Source of the DNA: Eledone cirrhosa
Lineage: Eukaryota
Direction of reading: 5' to 3'
DNA: 64,000 nt
Assembly (NCBI GenBank): GCA_964016885.1
Contig: OZ024741.1
Span: 7,502,001 to 7,566,000, forward strand
A program made the translations under genes and the position numbers. The notes under the pieces are model-generated. The model made no database searches, was not told the origin of the DNA, and was given only the letters and a program-made list of their open reading frames with translations. Within the stretch, counting starts at the first letter, position 1. Each line of letters begins with the position of its first letter. Shown piece after piece: positions 63,815-64,000 of this stretch.

Positions 63815-64000
63815 GCAGTAAGCGGCAACGCGCTGTGTCTCCCTTGGACTAAAACAACTTAGAATCTTAAAGATATTTTTGTTTATGTATATGAGCTGAT
63901 GACCCTGATTTGCATGTGGGGCAGTAACCAGCTCGACTTATATTAAAATATTAGTATAAGTGCTCTAACATAGCGTTATACACATGTTTCTACGTGTTGT

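Overview
Gene-free, repeat-dominated eukaryotic DNA. The (TA)n/(CA)n microsatellites and tRNA-derived SINE families resemble octopod cephalopod DNA (inference from recalled repeat families). About 36 kb is tandem arrays: a 40-bp satellite (1-16120), a 20-bp satellite (34672-39553), a 45-bp satellite (40057-51885), a 45-bp minisatellite (54738-57170), and smaller 46-bp and 59-bp arrays. The only credible protein-coding remnants are a frameshifted Penelope-like retroelement (RT plus GIY-YIG, 28337-29959) and two RTE-LINE 3' fragments. Two patterns stand out. (1) Three of the large arrays are in-situ tandem amplifications of single SINE modules (A-box head, CORE-like domain, head of a second SINE family), with the rest of the parent SINE still attached at the array edges. 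(2) About ten type I hammerhead-ribozyme motifs from several unrelated sequence families sit in short non-coding islands, mostly within or next to (TA)n tracts. Some are in long fold-back palindromes, consistent with Penelope pseudo-LTR remnants or non-autonomous ribozyme-bearing elements. All structures were read by eye; no folding or database search was run.
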